64,000 bases of DNA from Octopus vulgaris (GCA_951406725.2 OX597815.1:82088001-82152000); one strand, 5' to 3'; positions 1-13,435 are shown, counted from the first letter of the stretch. Made by a program: numbers and translations. The notes: generated by a model from the sequence alone, not told the origin.

Positions 1-996
1 AAAAAGTGAACAGGTCTCACTGCAACAGAATCTTTAAAAAGCGATACCAAGAAATTAACAGAATCTGCCAACGTTGGATTACAGCCGAATAAATTATAAA
101 CACACACACACAGACACACACAAACACGTACACACGTGTGTGTTCGTGTGTTTGTGTGTGTGTGTATATATATATATATACAAATGTTGGCAGTACTCGT
201 AATGTTCTATCTAATTTATATCAAATTCTAGCTGTTAATTTAAAATGTGTTCGTATACATGCAAAATCTCCTTAAAGTAATACTTCGTTGTTAGAATATT
301 TATTCACTGGAAGTGAGTGGCTGATAAATTGTCTGCGATTGTCTGTGAGAAACATGTGGAGCTAAAATAAAGTTTTACTTTATGTCAGTAATATTTATAA
401 TACTTAAATAAAGCAATGGCAGGCATTATATAGCGTAAACGGTTAAATAGTCACTCGGTTAACCTTAGATGTGTTTTAAACCTCATCCATGTTCTGTTTC
501 AGTCTTAATCGGCCTTCAAGTGTTACAATGAAGTCTTAGTCGCCCACCGTTGTTTGTATATTTGAGGCAAATTCTTGTGATAAATATTGGATTAAAGTGT
601 GAAAGTATGCTTTGTAAGAATGGAATGCCTGTTTCTGGAGCTGTAGAATTATAATTATCTGAAAAAAAAAAAAAAAAATTGAAGAGAAGCTGAGCTCTGT
701 GGTTTTTATCACAAACATTTATTGTACTTAATGCGTCAGTTGTTGGTGTACTTTGGTAGGCTAAGCAATGCGGTTGGCCGTTAAGTGATATTAATGTGAT
801 TAGAATCCATTTTAGGATCCTGTTCTTTTCCTTAATATTCTGATCCAAATCGTTATTTATGATGTCGTGTCTCATTTCAGAGGTGTTGAGTGTTGTCATT
901 CCCTCAGTTTACTATCAACTTATATATATATCAGTCGCCATGATAGATCGTTAGCGACTACACATATTTTTTTCTCTCCTTGTTTTTTCTGTGTCC

Positions 997-1032
997 CTTT
1001 CTGTAGAAGAGCGTAGGCTCGAAACGTAAAAG
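997..1032 (+). ncRNA. Minimal type I hammerhead-like motif (core variant CUGUAGA) in a PLE-type terminal fragment
   Basis: CTTT-CTGTAGA-A-GAGC(GTAG)GCTC-GAAA-CG-TA-AAAG: stem I CTTT/AAAG, stem II GAGC/GCTC, very short stem III; A6 replaced by U. Confidence 0.6.
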
Positions 1033-1117
1033 ACTTTTTCTATTCCTGAGCGTTATACTAATAGATCTGTTTGTTTTGTACACCACCTGTTTTCGTCTTT
1101 TTTTTCGTAAACTCTCC

Positions 1118-1646
<529 letters not shown>

Positions 1647-2274
1647 ATATATGATACATATAAACATACAATGTATGTAGGAAACATATAACAAAACAGG
1701 GGATGTATTTCAACGCAGGAAAGATATAAAAAATATGTTGTTGAAAATGCACCTGAATTTGAAAAATTTGTAATTGTTTTTAAATATATGTATTCACATA
1801 AATACCAAACTCGTTTCAACAATATTTCAATAATGATAAAAATCTAGAATTGCGAAGTAAGAAAACATGTTTAAAAGATTCAATGTTTATAAAATTCAAT
1901 ATCAAATTTGATTTAAATGTTCACAACATTCAGTAATATAAAAAATGTGGATCATCTTGTTTAAATGTACAAAATTCAATAGTGTTAGAAATGACAGATG
2001 AGAAATGTGGATCACCAAACGTTCGGTCATTCTGAGTTAAGAGGGAGAAAAACAAGGGAGAAAGGGTTTTGTTACAGTTTCTGTGATTCTTTTCCCGTCG
2101 TGTGCAGGGATTTTCGCTTGTAACGGCGTCTTTTGGAATCCACTGTGTTTATAATTTTTTCCATGAACGGATCTGATTTTAAGAATAAAAGAATGTGTGT
2201 GTATGTATATATATATATACATATACATATATGTATGTATATATATGTATATATATGTGTGTGTGTGTATGCAT

Positions 2275-2445
2275 ATATGGGCACTGGACGTCACCAACTG
2301 TGTAAATAACATGAAGTACGAAAACAAACGAGTTAAATACGCAAACAACGAGAGAAACAATGGAAAATAGGAAAACTAACACAAAGAACGATCCTTCATC
2401 AATTATCGGCTGTCTATATACTCCTCGTTTCGAGAATTCAACCGA
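2275..2445 (-). repeat. Dispersed repeat, probable PLE terminal fragment; second copy at ~11655-11825 (+)
   Basis: Reverse complement aligns with 11655-11825 (GAGGAGTA.ATAGACAGCCGA.AA.TGATGAAGG ... CATGTTATTT.CAC.GTTG.TGACGTCC); both end at AT microsatellites. Confidence 0.6.
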
Positions 2446-2889
2446 CAATATGTGTCTTCAAAGTCAGTTGCTCCCATAAATTCCAAAATAAAATTTTGGA
2501 TTTATGGATAGTCAAACTTGGGACCAAAAACAGGATAGTGGAGAAATACAAGGAAATCAAACGAAAACAAATATGCAGGATCGTTAGACGAGAAGGAGTG
2601 GGAAATAGTGAACGGTGGGTGAAATATTTACTTTGAAAAGAGAAAAGATAGGAGAGTTAGAAGACGTCCAGTCCTTAGAACATCGTGCAGGAAAAGAAAG
2701 ATGGTCCCGTGAGGAAAAGAAAGATGGACGATGGTCACGTGTAAGCAACGAGATAGAAAAAGAGAAAGAAGGAGAGAGAGAAAGAGAGACAGATAGAAAA
2801 CGGTGAAGGGGGAAAAGGGAATTAGAGAAGGATGAAGGAGAAAATAGTATAGAGTAGAGATATAGGAAAAACAGAAGCTGAAAATGCAC

Positions 2890-5038
2890 TGCGAATAGTT
2901 AAAATATCTTTTATTAATATAGTTGATGCTTTAACCGGTTTCACAGTTTACACTGATTTTCAAAATGTTCAAATAGAAACACGTGGCCTATGTCGCAGCT
3001 GTTTTGCTTCTGACTAGAGTTTGAAAGTCTACCCTCATTTTATAGGGGAATCAGGGCTCAATTTAGTTTTTAAAAGGGTTTGATTGGTAGAGGATAGTCA
3101 CTTGACCGGTCTTAGAAATTTTTGTAGGTTCCCCGCTACGTCCGTGTGTTAGTATCAAGTGACATCGTAAGTTAAGGCTGACACATTTTTTCTTAACAGG
3201 TCCAAACAATCAATGATCTGAATGTTTTCTGTCAAGTGTTTGTAGAGAATGAACACGTGATTAAATTTATAACCTACTGTACGTTTCCCGCTACGTTCGT
3301 ACGTTAGTGTCACGTGGCAGTATATTTTGCGCCTAAAATGAAGGCCGACACGCTTGAGTGAACATGTTTAGTTATAATCAAAGAACTCCACATTTAATCT
3401 GCCTGATAGGAGAGTAGACAGGAGTCGTTTGTATGTAGTCCAATGGTTGAAATTTAGGTTGTTAGCTGTGTAGCTTCCTCATGATAAGTGGCAGAATGAA
3501 TTTTGTGTGTGAAGAGTTATTTGTGTATGTATTCTGTTAAAGTTTGTAAAGTCTTGGTTTGTGCTTTTGCACGAAAGTATTTTCTTTCTCTATCTGTGCT
3601 CCATCTGTGGTATTCGCTGAACATAGGTAGAGTGGGGACATCTGGAATTTGGGGGACTTATTTTTTGCACATATGTCTATGTGACCACTCGGTGGAATCT
3701 GTCTAGTACTGATGTCTCTTATTTGTTGTCGGTGAATGGTCAGTCTATTTCTTAGAGTAATCTTTGTTTGACCTATGTAATCTTCATTACATCCTTGACA
3801 TTTGATAGCGTATATTAAATTCCTCGAAGAACATGTAAAGTGATTTTTTACGGTAAAAATCTGTCCTGATTTTAATTTTTATGTTGTGTCCCACAATTGG
3901 GGCGGCCACACTTTTTGACTGTTGGTGTAGGAGTTGTGGAAGGTAATTTAGCACTTGTGAAGAATTTTTTGAGTGACTTTGATTGTCTTTTACTTTTGGT
4001 TATTTTGTGTAGTTCGAATGCTTGTTTCATTCTTCGGTCTTTTTTTAGTAGTGGGATGTTTTGGTGGATAATATTGCAAGCCTCTATATTTCTTAGGTTG
4101 TGTGTTGTATCAAAATGTCGATTATTGGATGTTTTTCGTTTTTCATAGTTCTTGGATATTTATTGCTTTGGCACGTTCTGTTCTGTTGTCTATTGTCTTT
4201 AATGGATATTGTCTTTTAAATAGTATTTGTTTTAGTTTCTGGAGCCTTTTATTGCGAGTTTCAGGGTTTGAGACAATTGTAATGATTCTTCTTCTTGTTT
4301 GGGATGGCATGAAAAGAACAGTAGGTATTGTTTAGAATTTTTTTGTTTGTAATTAATGTCTGTTTCAATGTTTTTATCTCGTTTGATGATTAGTATATCC
4401 AGAAATGGTAGTTGAGTTTTACTGTATTCCATGGCGAAGTTTATGTTATTGTTTATGCTGTTGACCAGGTTTTTGAAATTTATAAGTTGTTTAAATGTAT
4501 ACGTCCATAGAATTAGGCAGTCACCTACGTAATGTTTCCAACTTTCTAGTTAATATTTGTGGAAGTTCAAGCTATATTTTAATTTTGATTATTCATATAC
4601 CTGGACTTCCATGTAAGCCATGACTAAATTGGCGTAAATTGGAGCAACTTTTATCCCAATCGCAGTCCCGGATATTTGTTTGTAAATATTGTCTCCGAAG
4701 TCAAAAAAGTTATTTTCGACGATAAACTTTAATCCTTCAGTGATTAAACTTTTTAAAATTGTGTCTGGAATTTGATGAGTGTATTTCTCAAGCCAGAACT
4801 TTATTGTCTCTAGACCATACTGGTGTGGAATTGTGGTATAGAGGTTTACCACGTCAAAAGATACCATAGTAGTGTCATTGTTTATGGATTTTGGGAGGTG
4901 GTTTAACAGGTCCAGATCGTAACTTACAAGACTCGGTATGTATTTTAAAATAGGTTACAGAAATATATCTAAAACGTTGCTGAGTCTGTATGATTGACAG
5001 TTCGGGGCTGCTACAATTGGTCTAAATTTAAAGTCATA
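2890..5038 (-). mobile_element. 5'-truncated, decayed Penelope-like retroelement (RT + C-terminal GIY-YIG endonuclease)
   Basis: RT motifs VSFDVVNLYTTIPH, NNFFDFGDNIYKQISGTAIG..VAPIYANL, WKHYVGDC (YxDD decayed), LPFLDILI; GIY-YIG FTCSSRNLIYAIKCQGCNEDYIGQTKITLRNRLTIHRQQI at ~3840-3720; stops and frameshifts. Confidence 0.93.
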
Positions 5039-5039
5039 T

Positions 5040-5266
5040 AGTGGATATATAAACATATTCTTTTATTCTTCTATTCGTTTCAGTCATTTGGCTGCGGCCA
5101 TACTGAAGCACCGCCTTTAGTCGAGCAAATCGCCACCAGGACTTATTCTTTGTAAACCTAGTACTTATTCTATCGGTGTCTTTTGCCGAACCGCTAAGTT
5201 ACGGAGACATAAACACACCAACATCGGTTGTCAAGCGATGGTGGGGACAAACAGACACACAAACAC

Positions 5267-5334
<68 letters not shown>

Positions 5335-5866
5335 GACGGGTTTCTTTCAGTTTCCGTCTACAAAATCCACTCGCAAGGCTTTGATCGGTTCGAGGCCTTA
5401 GTAGAAGACACTTGCCCAAGGTGCCACGCAGTTGGACTGAACCCGAAACCATGTGGTTGGTAGGCAAGCTGCTTTCCACACACCGACTTCTATGCAAAAA
5501 ATAATTCTCCTAAATTCCAGGTCTTCCCACTCTACCTATGTTCAAAAGTACAAATCCAAACTTGACGAACTTTAACCAAGTACATACACAAATAACTATT
5601 CACACACAAAACTCATTCAGCCACTTATCATGAGGAACCTACACAGCTAACAACCTAAACTTTGGCCACTGGACTACATACAAACGACTCTTATCTACTC
5701 TACCACTAGACAGATTAAATTTGGAGTTCCTTGATTGTAACTAAACATGTTCACTCAACCGTGTCGGCCTTCATTTTAGACGCAAATATACGTGACGCTA
5801 ACGCACTGACGGAGCGGGAAACGTGCAGAAGGTGCTAGATTTAATCACGTGTTCATTCTCTGCAGA
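5040..5866 (+). repeat. Inverted partial copy (pLTR-like) of the 3' part of the Penelope element, split by a SINE
   Basis: 5495-5866 is the diverged reverse complement of ~3241-3670 (with a deletion); 5040-5057 continues the same alignment on the other side of the SINE. Confidence 0.85.
5060..5492 (-). mobile_element. tRNA-derived SINE, family A
   Basis: Matches the copy at 60711-61190: head, CCTTGGGCAAGT core, internal (TG)n, tail ending CAG..AAATGACTGAAAC. Confidence 0.9.
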
Positions 5867-6837
5867 TTTTTAATGGAATTTCGAGTCCTGCAAAAAATGA
5901 ATGCACTGCACTACTATTACAAAGGACGACACAATTTTGATATACTTGGTAGTATATTATGATTGCTAGACTATGTACGGTGTCGCTACGAGCAATTAGC
6001 GGACGCACACACACACACACACACATACCTCTCACACGTATGTATGTATGTTTATATATGAATATATAACAAGACAGGAGATTGTAAAGTTTTCGCTATC
6101 ATTTATTCACCAATAAATGTTTCATTTGCTAAATTGCCTTAAACATATGAAACACAGTGAATAAACAATATCAAAAACAGAAAGAAAAGAAAAGTGTCGA
6201 GTTTCCTGTTTTGTTGTTCAAGAACACTTCAAATAATATTTCAGTAATTCTCAGTTTTAAGCATATATTTAGCAATAATACACAGTACATATATTGGATT
6301 GTATCAATGGAATAAGCAGATGTGCTTCAAGAGCGAACAGCTGGAATTTACCCTAACTAGCCAACTAATTAGTAAGTATGAATGCTTCTTTGTATGTATG
6401 TATGGAATTATGTATGTATATATTTAAGTATGTCATTATTCAGTTTTATTTCAAGGTTTCATGCCAATACAGAAAGTACAACAGGGTATATTTGTTTGTT
6501 TGTATGTATCTACACAGATATGAAAGAAGTAAATAGACACCCTTATAATCATTAAAATTTATTTAAAACTGAAATTATACATTAAAATTATTTTTTAGTT
6601 GTTATAATGTGAACATTTAATATTCAGTAGACATACTCTTTGCATTTTTCAATGCAAGGGTCATATTACTGATCAGATGGTGAATATTCTCTTGCGGAAT
6701 TTCTTGCTGTTTCATGCAATTATCTCAAAAGATCTGGGCAAGTGTCTTCTACTATAGCCTCTGGCCGACCAAAGCTGTGTGAGTGAATTTGGTAGCCGGA
6801 AAGTGAAAGAAGCCCGTCGTACATATATATATATATA

Positions 6838-6882
6838 TTGGCTTTCACCCAGGTGGCCCGGGTTCGATTCCCGGCATGGGAA
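6838..6882 (+). pseudogene. 3' half of tRNA-Glu(TTC), fused upstream of a family B SINE
   Basis: TTGGCTTTCACCCAGGTGGCCCGGGTTCGATTCCCGGCATGGGAA = anticodon arm (TTC), T-arm and acceptor 3' strand of eukaryotic tRNA-Glu; 5' half absent. Confidence 0.8.
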
Positions 6883-6898
6883 CGGCATTTCTGTTTAA

Positions 6899-7130
6899 GG
6901 CGGCGAGCTGGCAGAGTTGTTAGCACGCTGGGCCGAAATGCATAGCGGTATTTCGTCTGCCGTTACGTTCTGAGTTCAAATTCCGCCGAGGTCGACTTTT
7001 CCTTTCATTCTTTCGGGGTCGATAAATTAAGTACCAGTTACGCACTGGGGTCGATGTAAAGGACTTAATCCCCTTGTCTGTTCTTGTTTGTCCCCTCTAT
7101 GTTTAGCCCCTTGTGGGTAGTAAAGAAATA
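6899..7130 (+). mobile_element. SINE family B (central domain resembling Meta/Sauria-type SINEs)
   Basis: GGCGGCGAGCTGGCAGA head, GAGTTCAAATTCC B-box-like motif, GGTCGACTTT.CCTTTCAT.CTTTCGGGGTCGATAAATTAAGTACCAG domain; other copies 9558-9975, 52988-53214, 61443-61650. Confidence 0.85.
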
Positions 7131-7385
7131 TATATATATATATGTGTGTGTGTGCGTGCGCGTGTGTGCGTGCGTGCGTGCGTGCGTGTTTGTGTGTCTG
7201 TATTTTCCCTCCAACGTCGCTTGATAACCGATGCTGGCGTGTTTACGTCCCCACAACTTAGTGGTTCAGCAAAGAGACTGATAGAATTAGTACTAGGCTG
7301 ACAAAGAAATAGTCACGGGGTCGATTTGCTCGACTAAAGGCTGTGCTTTAGCATGGCTGCAGTCGAATGGCTGAAACAAATAAAA

Positions 7386-7532
<147 letters not shown>

Positions 7533-7539
7533 TATATGG

Positions 7540-7750
7540 GGGGGGCGCGTGGCTTAGTGGTTAGGGTGTCAGCATCATGTTCGTAAAATTGTAGTTTCGA
7601 TTCCTGGACAAAACACTTCATTTCACGTTGCTCCAGTCCACTCACCTGGCAAAAATGGGCTACGCTGCGATGGACTGGCGTCCTGTCCAGCTGGGGAAGA
7701 CATACGCCATTGAAACCGGGAAACCAGGCTCATGAGCTTTAAAAAGGGCG
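7540..7750 (+). mobile_element. tRNA-derived SINE family D with V-SINE-like central motif
   Basis: A box TGGCTTAGTGG, B box GTTTCGATTCC, CTGCGATGGACTGGCGTCCTGTCCAG motif; related head at ~61670-61790. Confidence 0.7.
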
Positions 7751-8061
7751 CATTTATTATATATATTTGCATATAAATTATTCAATAACTCACGAAGCAG
7801 TTCATTTTACTTCAAATTCTTTTCATGGTGTGTGAAAATTTTCGTCACATAAGGGCGAGGTTTCCTCTGACGAAGTAATACTGTAATGATTAGGAAAGTT
7901 TAAAGGCAAATCCGACCACAGAGGTTTCTGAAATCAAAGCGTAAAAAAAAAAACAGAACGCGTACTTCAAGTCATGTTGTCCAACAGTCTAGCGTGTCTG
8001 CAAGTCTAGTTCTACACCACATTTGTCATTAGTCTAGCGCATTCCATCACAGTGATTAGAA

Positions 8062-8446
8062 CTGGAAGTGCTCCGTCGGTTACGACCACGAGGGTTCCGG
8101 TTGATTCGATCAACGGAACAGCCTGCTCGTGAAATTAACGTGTAAGTGGCTGAGCACTCCACAGACACGTGTACCCTTAACGTAGTTCTCGGGGTTATTC
8201 AGCGTGGCACTGAGAGTGACAAGGCCGGCCCTTCGAAATACAGGTACAACAGAAACAGGAAGTAAGAGTGAGAGAAAGTTGTGGTGAAAGAGTACAGCAG
8301 GGATCACCACCATCCATTGCCGGAGCCTCGTGGAGCTTTAGGTGTTTTTGCTCAATAAACACTCACAACGCCCGGTCTGAGAATCGAAACCGCGATCCTA
8401 CAACCGCGAGTCCGCTGCCCTAACCACTGGGCTATTGCGCCTCCAC
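8062..8446 (-). mobile_element. tRNA(Arg)-like SINE, family C
   Basis: Minus strand begins GTGGAGGCGCAATAGCCCAGTGGTTAGGGCAGCGGACTCGCGGTTGTAGGATCGCGGTTTCGATTCTCAGACC; partial second copy at ~50466-50630 (-); GATTAGAACT repeated at both flanks. Confidence 0.85.
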
Positions 8447-8709
8447 GATTAGAACTAAACAGGCTATTGATGTTGTTTCTGCTTTTCTATGTATTTCACT
8501 TATTGGCCTGCGCTGAGCAGGGGGGATATGCTGTACATGTATGTATATTAGTGTTCAGAGATGATCTTCCTGGTAATAGCATGGGACGGAAGACGAATGG
8601 AATTTTCTACGCCAACAAATTGTTACCTTAAAATGTTTAGCTGGACTTTTGATTTGATTTTTCTTTCGTTTTGCTATTTTTGTTTTAACATTCTTCTATT
8701 CCTTTATTT

Positions 8710-9545
8710 ATTTATTTTTTTTCATGTTTCAGTCATTTAACTGCGGCTATGCTGGAACACCGCCTTTAGACGAGTAAATCGATCCCAGGACTTATTCTTT
8801 GTAAGCCTAGTACTTATTTTATCGGACTCTTTTGCCGAACCGCTAAGTTACAGGACGTAAACACACCAGCATCGGTTGTCAAGTGATACTGGGGATGGAG
8901 TGACAAATGCACACACAAACATACCTACCTACCTACCTACCTACCTACCTACCTACCTACCTACCTACCTACATACATACATACATACATACATACATAC
9001 ATACATACGTACATACATACATATATAAGCATATACACGACGGACTTCTTTCAGTTTCCGTCTATTAAATCCACTCACAAAACTTTGCTCGACCTGAGGC
9101 TATAGTTGAAGACACTTTCCCAAGGTTCCACGAAGTGGGATTGAACCTGGAACGAAGTGGTTGGTAAGCTAAACGCAGACGTGGCTATGTGGTTCCGGCT
9201 CCAGTGTCTTCTACTATAGCCTTGGGTCGACCATAGCGTTGTGAGTGGATTTGGTAGATGGGAATTAAAATAAGTCCGTCCTATATACATATATATGTAT
9301 ATATTTACGTGTATGTGCTTCCTTGGTGTCTGTGTTTGTCCCCCACTATCGCTTGATAATTGATGTTGGTGTGTTTACGTCCCCATAAATTAGCGGTTCG
9401 GCTAAACAGACCGATACCATAAGTACCAGGCTTACAAAGAATAAGTTCTGGGGGTCGACTTCTTTGACTAAAACCCTTTAAGGCGGTGCTCCAGCATGCC
9501 GCTGTCAAATAATTGAAACAAGTAAAAGAATAAAAAAAAGAATAA
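8710..9545. mobile_element. Two family A SINEs head-to-head (8710-9170 minus; 9175-9545 plus)
   Basis: Both align to the family A consensus, in opposite orientations. Confidence 0.85.
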
Positions 9546-9557
9546 GAGTATATGGAT

Positions 9558-9975
9558 ACCTATTTCTTTACCACCCACAAGGGGCTAAACACAGAGAGGA
9601 CAAACAAGGACTGACAAACGGATTAAGTCGATTATATCGTCCCCAGTGCGTAACTGGTGCTTAATTTATCGACCCTGAAAAGATGAAAGGCAAAGTCGAC
9701 CTCGCCGGAATTTGAACTCAGAACGTAACGGCAGACGAAATACCTATTTCTGTACTACCCACGAGGCGTTAAACATAGAGAGGACAAACAAGAACAGACA
9801 TACGGATTAAGTCGATTAAATCGACCCCAGTGCGTAACTGGTGCTTAATTTATCGACCCCGAAAGGATGAAAGGCAAAGTCGACCTCGCCGGAATTTGAA
9901 CTCAGAACTTAACGGCAGACGAAATACCGCTGAGCATTTCGCCTGGCGTGCTAACGTTTCTGCCAGCTCGCCGCC
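9558..9975 (-). mobile_element. Family B SINE with tandem duplication of its 3' ~185 bp
   Basis: ATACCTATTTCT.TAC.ACCCAC...GACCTCGCCGGAATTTGAACTCAGAAC occurs twice (~9557-9745 and ~9740-9925). Confidence 0.85.
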
Positions 9976-10249
9976 TTGTAAGAGTTTATGGATACCGTGT
10001 ATGTTCAGTGTGTGATGAAAGAAAGCACACATTTTTGTATTCCTGTTGTGTTGCTGCGTTATTTATTTTAGAGCTTTAACTGTATTTATTTAGATCTGTA
10101 AGTGGATTATAATTTAGTGCTGTAACTTACACACACACACATGTACACGCACATACATACATACATACATACATACATACATACATACATACATACATAC
10201 ATACATACATACATACATACATACATACATACATACGTACGTACATAAT

Positions 10250-10575
10250 GATTTGGGACAGAGAAGCGAAACTGTACAGTTGAGGAAATTAGCTGCCCAG
10301 CGGATATTAGCATAAAGCTGAAGATCTATAAAAAAAGAGAACACCTATGCTGAGCTATTGAGAAATCTGCAGTTACTCTATCCAGATTACGTGTTCAGGT
10401 TTACATCTGTAATTATTGGAGCCCCTGGGATATGTAACACACTGCCTAAATACCAATCTTCAGAAATTAGATTTCTCAAAACCAGGAAGGAGAAAGCTAA
10501 TTCGAAGCCCACAGATCCAAACCATCACTGGAATTGTAAAACTCTGTAAAACTTTCCAGAAGTTAATCATTTTAA
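10250..10575 (+). mobile_element. 5'-truncated R4/Dong-type LINE fragment (restriction-like endonuclease domain)
   Basis: IWDREAK...EEISCPADISIKLKI..K..TYAELLRNLQLLYPDYVFRFTSVIIGA (read across frameshifts); preceded by (ATAC)n. Confidence 0.75.
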
Positions 10576-10949
10576 ATATATACGAGCATATATAGATATG
10601 CAACTATATGCATGAGAATACATATATAAGACAAAGCATACACATGTGCATGTATACATACATACATACATACATACATACATACATACATACATACATA
10701 CATACATACGTACGTACAAACGTACATGCAGTCATACATACATGCATACATAAACTGTTGTTGATGTTGAATTTCCAATAAAGGTGCCTTGGGACTAGGT
10801 AAGAAACTGGTTCTGCCTCTATGGCTAAGACATTTTTAAATAAAACTGAATAATGACATACATACATACATACATACATACATACATACATACATACATA
10901 CATACATACATACATACAAACATACATACATACGTACATATAGTATGTC

Positions 10950-11530
10950 ATGCTTCTGCGAAAGACATCACACATTTGATTAGCAGCTGCTCAAAAATTA
11001 TCATCAAGGTATTAGCTCCCTATGTGACATGACGTTGTCACAGAAGCAATATACAATGTCATTTAGCAAAAAGACTACCCTGGAGTAAATATAGAGAATC
11101 CTCCTGTTATAGCATACGCACACATGCACCAGCACAAAGAATACTGGAAGAGCATTCCCATCAAAACCTCTGTCTGTTAAGGGTAAATATAACAGACCAA
11201 ATATTGTTATTTGGGACAGTAAAAAAACGGTTTGTACCGTTATAGAGGTCAGTTGTTCTGGTTGTGTGAATATCTTTCAAAATCAAAGAGAAAGAAGATA
11301 GCTATGGACAATTGCTTCGAAATCACCAGCTTATATATGCAGATTATAAATTCACATTTATATCAATAATCATTGGTGTACTTGGTTTTCTGAGTATATG
11401 TCTAAGTGACAATCTGGTTAAGGTAGGGTTTTCAGTAACACAAAAATGAACCAACTCGCACATTTCAAATGCATTATGTAAGTGGAGCAGTAAAAATATG
11501 CAAGACTTTTCTCAAGCTTAGAATATGACT
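10950..11530 (+). mobile_element. Second R4/Dong-type LINE 3' fragment (zinc-knuckle remnant + RLE)
   Basis: DITHLISSCSK..., HDVVTEAIYN, HKEYWKSIPIKTSV, KYNRPNIVIWDS, VIEVSCS, IIIGVLG; preceded by (ATAC)n. Confidence 0.75.
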
Positions 11531-12524
11531 TTTTTGTTGTTATTTATATTCTAGTGATGGAGCTTTGCATCTTTGTTAGAAACCAACCCCTTCATCAAGA
11601 GATGAATTCATATAATTAAAAACAGAAGAGAACATATATATACATATGCGTATTGCTAGAAATGAGGAGTAAATAGACAGCCGACAACTGATGAAGGGTC
11701 CTTTCTCTGTCTTAACTTGTTCTGTTTCCCATTTTTTCTCGTTGTTTACGCATTTAACTCATTTCCCCCTCATTTGTGTACGTATTTCATGTTATTTGCA
11801 CCGTTGATGACGTCCTGTCCCCATATATGCATGTATATGTATATATTCATATATGTTAGTGAAAACAGACTTTATAGATCCAGTCATTTAAATAAAAGCG
11901 AGAGAGAATGAGAGAGACAGAGAGAAAGAGAGAGATACAGAATGGGAGAGGAGAGGGAGAGAAAGAGAAAGAAAGAGGGAGAAGAAAAGAGAGAAAGAAA
12001 AGGAGAAACTTGAGAAGAAAAAGAAAACTTGAAGCTTTTAGTTTCCAGTAAATAATCCGCCATTCTTTTCTCTTGTCTTCTATTTTTTAGACTTTCACAC
12101 TTTCAGAATGTCATTGCCAAATGATATAGTCTTGTATCCTAGCCTATCTTAGGAGGCCAATCAACTTGAGTGATTTCTTAGCTCGGAACTTATTGCGTAT
12201 TAGACAAAGGGCAACAACATATGACCTCACCATCTTGAATGTAGCGGATGACACAGAATAGAAAGTCTTCTGCAGGAGAGGTAAGACTTTTCTACAAATA
12301 AAAGATGAAAGTATTATCTCAAGAAAATGACAAGAATCGTGAAAACACATGCTGAAACACACACACAAACGCAGGCACGCAGGTACGCAAGCACGCATAT
12401 AATACATACATACGCTCACACATACACACACATACGCATATATATTATGAGTGCTCAAGTGTGTAAGAGAAAGAGGGAAAGAGAGAGAGAGAGGGGGAGG
12501 GAGGGAGAGAGAGATGAAGAGAGT

Positions 12525-12567
<43 letters not shown>

Positions 12568-13435
12568 TGTGCTTTTATCATTAATAGAAATGCAACACAG
12601 AGCGGGGGACTGGCAGAATTGATAGCGAGTCGGACAAAATACCTTGCGATATTACTTTCAACTCTTTTCACTCCGCGCTCAAATCGTTGAGGTCGACTTT
12701 GAGTTTTATCCTCTCAGAGGCCGCCAGAAACAAAAGTACCAATTAAATGTAGCAGACGATGTTAATGATTAATTCTCACCCGCAAAATTGTCTGAATTAG
12801 AAACAATTATTAAATGCACAATTAAAAGGGTCGTGGGTTTTAGAATCATTAGAAGATGGGGTAAAATGCGTTGCAGCATTTTCTTCCCGCTTTCAATCTT
12901 TGATTTGAAATCCCAATGAGGTCAAAATTTCCAGGGTCGATAAAATTCCGTATCATTCAATTAGTGGGGACGACACCATCGACGTTTCCTTTCGCACCAA
13001 ATTTCTGTTCTACTTCTAAATGTTAGAAACGCCTTTTGGTAACACAACTGTTATCTAGTTGTAAGCGTGGTATTTAAAAAACATTTTTATATGACTTTTC
13101 ACTTCTCCGTGTTATCCCCTTATATTTTGTGAAGTAACTTAAAAAACATCATTAACTTACCTGCGTTACATCCTCGATCTTACTTTCTGATAAAAAAAAA
13201 GCTCACAAAAATATTGCTATGTTAATGATAAGGGTACCTGTGGCTTTATATTTGAGTTAATTTATCGCTAAGGTCAAGGTTTTCATTTTTTCTTTTCATT
13301 AGAAATCAGGAACAGGTCCTAGTTTGTTGAACCTGAGAACTTAATTCACAAAAGTAAATTTTAAAAGACTCAAGAAAAGATTGAAAAAAAAACAATAAAA
13401 CAAATGAAGGATAAAAACTAGAGAAATGTCAGACT

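Noticed and set aside
516-899. 127-aa ORF
   Set aside because: No recognisable domain; possibly a decayed PLE 3' remnant, not supportable as a gene.
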